In this document: positions 32,201 through 40,300 of the stretch, piece by piece
Layout: each line of letters starts with the position of its first letter
How positions within the stretch are numbered: the stretch's first letter is position 1
Assembly (NCBI GenBank): GCA_001724265.1
Contig: MEDY01000014.1
Coordinates: 1 to 64,000 of the forward strand
Reading direction: 5' to 3'
Length of the DNA: 64,000 nt
Source: Rhizaria sp. SCN 62-66
Taxonomy: Eukaryota
Notes under the pieces: generated by a model
Database searches by the model: none
The model's input: only the letters and a program-made list of their open reading frames with translations
Told to the model about the DNA's origin: nothing
Program-made: the position numbers and the translations under genes

Positions 32201-33801
32201 GCCGTGGAAGGCAGCGGGCCGGGGTTAGTATTTGTGTTTGTGCTTGTGCTGGCGCTGGTGTTGGTGCTGGTAGCGGGTGTGGGACTGTCAACGCGGCGGC
32301 GCCGGCGACGTACGAGAGTTGGCTCCGGCTCTGGTTCAGGCTCCGGCTCCGGTGGCGCAGCCGGGCGCGGGCGCGGTGCAGTGAGCGGTGCTACAGCCGC
32401 GTTGGGCTCAATTACTACGGGACCTGTTGGCGCAGGCGTAGGTGTTGTTGCGGGCGTCGTTGTCGCCGCAGGTCTTGGCGCAGGAGTTGCAGTTGCTGCC
32501 GGTGATGTTGTGGGTGTTGTCGCTGGTGTTGTTGCAGGCGCAGGTCTTGGGGCAGTCGTGGGTGCGGGCGTTGACGCAGCTGTTGGTGCAGGCGTTGAGG
32601 TTGCTGTTCTAGCAGGTGCTATTGCAGCTGGTGTCGTTGGGGTTATTGGTGCCCGCGTCGACGCAGTAGCTGGCGCAGGCGTAGCTACGGAGCTTGCCGC
32701 AGGCGTTGGTGCGCGTGGTGCTGATGTCGATGTTGCGGTATCAATGGGAAGAGAGTTGCTGGGAGTCAGACCAGAGAGGGCAACCGGTGCAGGCACAGCG
32801 CCGATGCCACCGACAGGCAGGCCGCCGACACCAGCATCGTTTGCCGCGGCCGCAATCGCGGCTGTTGATGGCGCTGCAGGCAGGCCTAGTCCGGAGTTTA
32901 TGTTCGTGATGGGAGACGGGAAAGTCTGTGCTGGTGACACTGGCTGAAACACTGATGCGGGTTGCAGCGTAGGTTGCAGCGTTGGTTGAAACGCGGGTTG
33001 AACTGTCGCGCGCACAGGCTGAACCAGCGGCGAAATCTGTGCAGGTCCTGTGTTAGCAATGCCGCCCTGGTTGAGGAAGGCGGGTGGGCTAAACACGCCT
33101 GTTGTGAGTTGTTGTGACTGAACCTGCCCAAAGCCTTGTTGGAAGCCTGGCTGCTGGAAGCCAGGAGTAAAGCCAAACCCAGGCTGACCAAAGAAAAACT
33201 GCTGTGTTGTAAAGCTATGATGTGCAGGGGTTGTGAGCGCAGCAAATGCGGTTTGATCAGTACCCAGTGCCGCAGGGGTGAACGTTGTGGCAGTGAGAGC
33301 AGGTTCGTCGATGGGCAACGGAAGTACGAGGGGAGATGAGACGAGACGGGGTGTAAAGTCGCGCGAGTGAGGAGGAATCGTTCCAGGCTCACTCTCACCC
33401 GCCGGGGTGGCTACAGAAAGACGCGGAACACTGAAGACTGTCAGACTTCGACGCGAAGGTGAGTGCGAGTTCGTGGTGAAAAGACGAGAGCGCACTGCTG
33501 ACGTATCGATGTTGATCGGCGACTGGCGTGTTCCATCGCACTGGTCTTCTTCATCTACGGAGCTTGACAACGCAAATGCAGAACGAGTTTGGAGCGTTGA
33601 CACTGCGTGATCAGAAGGTGATAGTGTCATTGTACTTTGGCTGTGATGCCAGTGCGCGCTCGACAGCGATTTCTTTGACTTGAGCTTCGAGACGGATGAA
33701 ACGATTGAGTGATGTGTGCCATGATAGGGACATGCCAGAACAATTGCGCTAAGACATAGCGCAAGTGTTGTTAGAATCGCGCAGTTAAAACGTGATATCA
33801 T
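29239..33801 (-). CDS. Secreted alpha-carbonic anhydrase with the catalytic domain split by mucin-like and acidic inserts, 1520 aa
   Basis: Signal peptide, then C-DGTRQSPINID (~33505-33543), YKLMSVHIHAPAEHSV...PIEIHAVY (~31310-31390), SLAVVAYL (~30532-30556), FFAYDGSLTTRPCNQTVSW and GNARRVQRLNERVV (~29278-29442), in the canonical alpha-CA order; TAA stop. Confidence 0.88.
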   Translation of the reverse strand: MISRFNCAILTTLALCLSAIVLACPYHGTHHSIVSSVSKLKSKKSLSSAHWHHSQSTMTLSPSDHAVSTLQTRSAFALSSSVDEEDQCDGTRQSPINIDTSAVRSRLFTTNSHSPSRRSLTVFSVPRLSVATPAGESEPGTIPPHSRDFTPRLVSSPLVLPLPIDEPALTATTFTPAALGTDQTAFAALTTPAHHSFTTQQFFFGQPGFGFTPGFQQPGFQQGFGQVQSQQLTTGVFSPPAFLNQGGIANTGPAQISPLVQPVRATVQPAFQPTLQPTLQPASVFQPVSPAQTFPSPITNINSGLGLPAAPSTAAIAAAANDAGVGGLPVGGIGAVPAPVALSGLTPSNSLPIDTATSTSAPRAPTPAASSVATPAPATASTRAPITPTTPAAIAPARTATSTPAPTAASTPAPTTAPRPAPATTPATTPTTSPAATATPAPRPAATTTPATTPTPAPTGPVVIEPNAAVAPLTAPRPRPAAPPEPEPEPEPEPTLVRRRRRRVDSPTPATSTNTSASTSTNTNTNPGPLPSTAAPGTATAVGGTALVIGRNPAAAPARSGTSNGTSASGTAASGTRASGTTAGGTTASGTATSGTTASGATASGTTAISAPAAIPQPQAAAAQNAAAAAEEEVTVRRALVTTRDSRTGANTRVATDIIDIPPPVPLPGPTAPPSAAQPTAAVRPATPAPSTTTGTSTGATASGSTSVSAAPTTRENTGSENNSTRATEPETTPPPFAGSRGALGLVDLLLANTSHPLTQQLGTFSTVTISSDSTTVTLTPVEDPDRPLQNLLSGAPLPHGALYKLMSVHIHAPAEHSVDFMLGPIEIHAVYGLVNPAYAALKRQARGLTPSEIARANALIPARRSGIFEHSDAVATDAVDSGSRLGNAQRVQQTMQTIPTPTFLPPTFSPQPPLTPPQPFTTQPPVATASQPTTATPIARGGLINVPAPAQPTAASSTPPRSTQPEAPASNTATTIALPQTSPPAAPRATTTPQPTPAAPVANRAVEPEAVADLDTLDPYRISLQLALAATSAAPAIAAAGESMLEAHTGLFQSAVGASEVDRDTDVLALQQLPPPPANARSLAVVAYLVQQREGCAPTLLTTVRNAIEAESVRHRADVAAEIQRRMDRRALDDLRNDRTARERELEATRSNTGFFGPRFSAPALPVVNEPFRVSAEARQRAGAAVFDPLARWRGTSVLAAQFTRGESVVMGRATTTLDDVDLSKELLFPYREEGRNSASTCLLPVFGHAADSNRVVVDDARAWRNSRLQALDGDHRAHEEAEGRDWEENEADWHDENGEWTGDDSDWEWVYEDANGNEVNADGSPLNTTSRGRSSGTLSTDGVGAASGLFSALASVASRVVDTLTGNGGANAVCSDDESASCSNTRRFATAQTVSTRASSAAAAAASAAAARSSNNDNSNSPSLSSSSADTNKHPFTPPLNSVQFGASFPAFFAYDGSLTTRPCNQTVSWLVGASPIAASAEDIKFFQSLVFGNARRVQRLNERVVRSASSALSNNGL

Positions 33802-34380
33802 GACTGGGCACTTTGCGAACAGACCGCTAGGGCCGCAATTATCTCAATTCTGTTCAAGTAGTCTCTGTTCAAGTTACTGTTTTTAATCCAATGTCTGCTT
33901 GATGAGAAATCAGTGATACAAGAGTAAATAATAGATATTTAGTTTCAATATACAATTTCATATAGTTACACGAGTGAAACTAATATGTTTAATGACATTA
34001 CACGACGACCATGTGCTGAGCAGAAGATTTTGGTTTGTGACCCTCTGAGGTTTGTTGCCGTACATTGATTGCTGTGGCAGGCCAAAGAAGCTTTGAGATA
34101 TCCGAAAATGTGGCTTCTTCTTTGCATACTTTATATTACGCTGAAATAAAGCTCAATAACGAAACTATTGTGCTATATGAGACTTAATTGTGAGCTGCTG
34201 GCAACTTAAAGTATTTTTAAGTCAACAAGATACCAACGCAAATTAAAGATAAATATCACTAGGACTAAATTTACATATGTATTGACTAAGTTATGATGCG
34301 TATTCATTTAATTGAGTTTAATTCGATCACTGTAGCCCGATAATTTCGTTCACACAGTCATTTGGAATTTACGTACAATC

Positions 34381-37300
34381 TCAGATATCAGAGCCAGGGT
34401 AGCGAACGTGGCTGTCGACAAACGACGCATAGCCTGTGAAGGCCACCGTTCCATCACCCAGTCCAAACGGCTCACCAGGCATGTTGCGGTTGGGCCCAGT
34501 TAACTCGGGATCTTCCTCAGCGGCAGTGTCGCGCGCCTCAGCTTCAGCCGAGGAAATCTCACCCTGCGGCCCGTGGCCGACCATGGTGAAGATGCGCACA
34601 CCAGCGCGCCGAGTCTGGCTCAGCACCGTGCCGGGCGCGGGCGCCACGTCGTCCGTGCCTCGGCCCTGCATCATCTGATAGCCCTCGGGGTCGCTGCCCA
34701 CAGTCATCACCGTCGTCGCATCAGACGCCGCCGGCGCAGCAGAGTCGGCGCCTTCGGAGGTATGCGAGTTGTGTGCGGGCAGCATTCCTAGCGGCGCGTC
34801 AGGGTGCGCCGCGCGCGCCCAGTGCACGGCTGAGACCTCGGAAGCGAAGGCTGACGCCACGGACATAGCTGCCGGGAGAGGCGCAACCACGCCAGAGTCG
34901 GCCTCGCTCTCGTACTGACCGGACTGGTCCGCCTGTTCTTGCTGTTGCTCCTCATTGAACTCGTTGTCGCCAGCGTATGCGGGCTCAGCGTAGGACGCGT
35001 CGGCGTAGGTCACTTCCACAGCAACGGGCGCAGCGTAGGGCGCGGGAGCATCGAAGAGTGCGAGCGCGCGCTCAGCACTCATCTCTTCTTCCTGCGCCGC
35101 AGCCAGTGCGCGCGTCTCGGCCTCAGCCTCAGCAGCAGCCGCAGCGGCGTTCGCAGCATTGATGACAGTATACGCACCGGGCTCGTCGTCGTAGGCGCCG
35201 ACGCCGTCCTCCCCGCCCACAGCGACTCCGTTGCGAGCGTCATGAAGCACCATGTCACCACCCACCTGCGCAGCGGCCGCAAGGCCAGCCTCAGTGCCCG
35301 CATCGCTGCGGGGCGCAAAGGCAGCGTGCAACACGCTACTCTGTGCCGCGCCGCTCGCGCCGGAGCCGGAGCCATCGTTGCTGCTGGCCGCGCTGGACTC
35401 ATACGGCGCGGGAGCAGCCTTGGGCGCGGGAGCGGGCGCGGCCGCCGATGCGGGCGGCGCGTTGTGACGCGCGGCGACGACGGAGATGCTGTCGTCCGCA
35501 ACGTCTTCAACACCAGCGCTGGTGCCCCAGTCGTCGCCGTCAGGTCCGTGCTCGCCGTCTTGGCCGTATTCGTCGTCGTCGTCGTCGTCGGCACCGCGAC
35601 GCGCGCGCGCAGGCGAGCGCTTGGTGCCAGAGTGGAACGACTGCGCTGCGGGCGAGCCCATCATCGCCGAGCTAGAGCCGGAGTGGCCCGCGCCCGTGGG
35701 GAGTTCGCGCATCGATGCCGCGCTGCCGTACTGTGCGCCGCTGCCAGAAGAGGCTGCTTCGCGCTGTTCGACAGCCTGAACAGCGCGCATAGTGACACTA
35801 AGTTCGTCCTTAGGCGCAGTGGCGTCAATGCCGGCGATGTCACCGCTATGCGCGGGTGTGTCACCGTTGATGGCGAGGCCAGCGGCGGGCTCCAGCTGCG
35901 CGGACGCCGGCATCTGCACCATGTCAGACGCGGCCAGTGGCAGCATGGAGCTGCCCGCACTGCTGTCGACGCCAGGGTAAAGCAGCGCCGAACCCGACGA
36001 CGACGCGCCAGTCAGCGACGCGGTGCCAGAGAGACGAGACGTGTCCAGCGCGGCGGCTTCGCGAGCGCGCAGCGAGGCAGCGGCGTCAGCGGCAGCAGCC
36101 TCAGCGGCTGCGAGCGCCTCGGCAGCGGCACGGGCGGCCTGTGCGGCGGCTGCAGCGGCAGAGCTAGTCTCCTGCTCGACGACTGTCACGGCACCAGCTT
36201 CAGAGCCATTCGCGCCGGCGTCACTGCCAGCAGCGAAGATAAGAGGCGTGTCAGCGGGCCGACCGGCGAAGGACGTGGCCGCGGAGGCACCGTCAAACGC
36301 GACGTGCACGACTGACTCTGTGGGAGCAGCGCTGAGCGACGCCGCAGCAGAGGACTGCGCGGACGAGTCAGCACTCACGACAGGCGCAGGCGCGGCGGCA
36401 GAGGCAGAGGAGTTGACGGCGTCAAGCTCGTGAGTGATGTCGGCAAGCCGCGCCTTGAGAGCGCGCTCTTCCTCAGTCTCACTGTTCTCTGCACCGGCGG
36501 CCTCCGCAACAGGTTCAGCCTTGGGCTGCGTCAGCTGGCGGGGCGAGGGCTCGGGCTTGGTCTTGACCGGGGAAGCGCCAAGTGCGTCAGCGTCGACGTC
36601 CGCATCGATGGCGTACGCAAAGTGCGCCACAGACTCAGCGGGTGCCTTCGACTGCATGCTCGCGCCCGCCGAGGAAAGACCGGCGGACAGCGCCCCCGGC
36701 GCGACGCCCGCAGCGGCCGCGGCAGCAGCAGCAGCGGCGACGACGTGTGAGTGCGCGCGCGAGGCGCGGCGACGAACCTGCAGCACGCCCTGCGGAATGC
36801 TGTCGTACTCCTCGTCCTCAACGTCGCTCGCGGTGGCAGACCCCGTCGCGGCGTCGTGCGCGGCCGCGCGGCGCGCCATCTCAACGCCCAGGTCAGCGCG
36901 CATGCGGTCAAGCGCGCGGCGCAGCGCCTCCAGCTCATCACGCGCGGCCGCAGCCTCGGCAGAGCGCTGGGCAGCGTCCGCAGATGCGGCGGCCGCGAGC
37001 GCGCGGGCGTGCGCGGTCTCGCTCGAGAGCTGGTGCTTGAGGGCGTCGTAGCGCATGCAGTCGTTAGTAAGATCGGCAACTACGGCGCGGCGCTGGTCAA
37101 TCTCGCCCTCGATCTCGCGCCGGCGCTGTGCCTCTGCACTATCATCGTCGGCGTTGGCAGTGGTGCTGTTCGTCGCGTTCGCAGCCTGTGCGGCGGTCGC
37201 CGTAAGCGAGCTGATTTCAACCTTCTGGCGTGAGATGACGTCGGCCAGAAAAGAGCGCTGCTCCTCGAGCACAGCGACAGCACCACGCAGCACCTTGACG

Positions 37301-40300
37301 TCCTCGACGGCCGCCGCCACCGCAGCCTGCGTGGCCGCAGCGTCGCTGGTGGAGCCCATGTGGGCGCTGGCCGTGGGCGAAGGCGGCATCATATGCATCG
37401 TCAGCGGCGCCGTGCCCGCGGCGAGCGGCGCAGAGTTGAAGTCAAAAGCGGAGCTGGAGTCGCCGGCGCCGCGCACAGGCAGGTGCCAAACAGACTCGGT
37501 TGGCGCGACTGAGCCAGCGAAGGACGTCCCACTGGCGAGCGCACTGGCGAGCACGTGGTCGCGAACGCGGTTCTCGCTTGCGCTAAGCGTTGAAGCACGG
37601 GCCTGCGCCAGGATCGCGGCGGCCTCTGCTTCAGCGTCGGCCACAATGGCCCGGGCGCGTGCCTCCGCCTCGGCATCAGACACGCCACTCTCGCCAGATG
37701 CCGACGACGAAGACGACGCGGGAGCAGCGGCGAGGGCAGCGGCGGCGGCGGCCTCACGGGCCTCAGCCGCGGCGATCGCATTCACCAGCGCGGCCTCCTT
37801 CTCTTCTACAGCGGCCTCGCTCTCAGCCAGAGTGGCACGGCTCTGCGCGAGCGCAGCCTTGAGCGCCTCCGTCTCCTCCACCGCGCGCGCCTGCGTCAGC
37901 GCGAGCTCTCTGTCGCGCGCGGCGGCCGCCACAGCGGCGGCGAGCTGCGCGCGCTCCGCCAGCAGCGCGGCGCGCTCGCTCTCGACGGCCGATCTCTCCC
38001 GCGCCACGCGGGCGGCGTCGCGCTCGACCTGGTCCTTGTCGCGGCCCACAGCGCGCGACTGTCGGTCGAGCTCGTCGGCGGCAAACTCGACCACCTTCTT
38101 CTGCTCTTCCAGACTTTCGAGCATCGCCTCGTACTGCGCGAACCGGTGCGCCGCAGCCGCGCGCGTGGCTTCGGACTCCTTCATCGCCTGCGCCGCGGCG
38201 GCCATGGCTTCCTCCGCCGCAGCCGTCGCCGCGACCGCGTTGCGCAGCGCCTGAGCGCCCGCGGCCGACGACCCTGATGCGGCGGGCGCGGTCACCGCCG
38301 CGGCCGCGGAGAGCTTCTGCAGCTTGCCCAGCTGTTTCTCGAGCAGCGCGTGCAGGCGCGCGTTCTCGCTGCGCTCCTGCGACAGCTGCTCAACGGCGCG
38401 TGAGAAGCCCGTCTGCGCAGCGGCGAGCTCCTCGCGCTCAGCGCGCGCGAGCTGGCCTTCGCGGGCAACGGCGTCGTGCGCGGCCTCAAGCGCGGCGCGG
38501 TCAGCAGCCAGGGAGCGCTTCTCGGCCACGAGCGCGTCTTTGACGGCGGCGATGGCGGCGCGGTCGCGCGCAAGAGCGGCGTCCGCAGCGGCAACACGCG
38601 AGGCGAGCGCAGCCTCAGCGGCGGCAATCTTGTTCTGGCGGTCGTCGAGCTCCTTCGCGTCCACACTCTGAGCAGCCGCGGCAGCGGGAGCAGGAGCGGA
38701 AGCAGCGGCAGCGGCTGCGGCGTTGAGTGTAGCCTCCATGCCAGCGAGCGCGGCTTCCTTGGCGGCTAGAACAGCCTCCTTATCAGCCAGCGCAGCCTCC
38801 TTGTTCGTTAGCTCAACAGCCTTGTCCTCTGCAGCGGCGGTCTTGTCGGCAAGCGCATCCTCCTTGGAGGCGAGAACACCCTCGCGCACAGCCAGGATCG
38901 ACGCCTTGGTCGCTAGCGCTTGCTCGTCGTCACCACTCTGTGTCGCGACGGCACCCGCCGCAAACGCGCCCTCGCGGGCAGCGATCACAGTTTCACGCGC
39001 GGCGAGTGCGCGCTCGAGCTCGGCCAGCGCGCGCTCGCGGTCCTCGGCCCACTGGCGCCGCGCCGCGCAGTCGCATGCGGGCGGCGCGGTCGTGGCGGCG
39101 CCTGCGGCGGCCACGGCGGCAGTGATGGTCGCCGCGATCGCGCGCTCCTGCTCAGCCACAGCGGCCTCCTTCTCAGCGAGCGTGGCGCGCTGCTCGGCAA
39201 GAGCTGCGGCCTCGGTGGCCACATCGGCGGCGCGCGTGTTCGCTGCGACGAGAGCGGACTCTGCAGCGGCCTTCTCGGCGGCGACTGCGCTCTGCTTGCT
39301 CTCAAGCGAAGCAAGCTTCTCACTAGCAGCGGCGGCGTCGCGCTCAGCAGCGGCCTCAGCAGCCGCCACCCGGGCCTCGCGCTGCGCGGCCGCGAACTCG
39401 CGCTCATCGACCGCGCGCGCGCGCTCTGCAGCGGCGGCATCACGGGCAGCAGTCGCGCGCTCGGCCTCTGCCTCCGCGGCGTCAAGCGCGCGCTCCCTGT
39501 CGCCCGTGGCGGCCTCACGCGCGCGCAGTGCGGCTTCGCGCCCGCCCAGCGCGGCTTCGCGCGAGCGCACGTCATCGTCGCGCGCAGTCGTGGCGTGTTC
39601 ACGCGCGGCGACCGCGGCCTCGCTCTCTTGCGCGGCCGCGGCCTTGCCAGCCAATGCGGCCTCGGCCTGAGCAGCCGCCGTCTCGCGCTGCGCCAGGGCC
39701 TCCTCGCGCGCGCCCAGAGCGGCGTCGCGCGCGGCCGCCGCGGCGGAGGTCGCGTCCGACGACGCCGCAGCGGCGGCAAGCGCGGCGGCGAGCGCGGCCT
39801 GGCTCTCGCTCAGCGCGGCGCTCTTCTCCGCCAGCGCGGTATCGGCGCGGCGCGCGGCGGCCTTGCTCTCGGCCAGCGCGGCCTGCGCCACGGTCAGTGC
39901 CGCCTGGGTCTCGGCTTCGGCGGCGCGGGCGGCGGCGCGCTCGCGGCGGGCCACGGCGGCCTCCTCAGTCTTCTCAGCGACGGCCGCGGCGGTCTCGCGG
40001 CGCGCGGCGGCCAGTGCCACGGTCGCGTCCTCAGCGGCGGTGGCGCGCGCGGCACGGGCATCGGCTAAAGCGGTGCGCAGTTCAGCGGCGACAGCGTCAC
40101 TGCGCGCGGCGGCGTCGCCCGCGGCAGCGGCCTCAGCGCGCGCTGCAGCAGCGTCCGCCCTGTGCGTGGCAGCGTCGGCCGCGGCGGTGGCGCGCGCGGC
40201 GTCGGCGGCGGCTTTCGCGGCGGCCGCAGCGGCAGCGGCCTCGTCGGACGCCTTGCTGCGCGCAGCAGCAGCAGCGGCGGACTGGATCGCGGCCTCTGCA

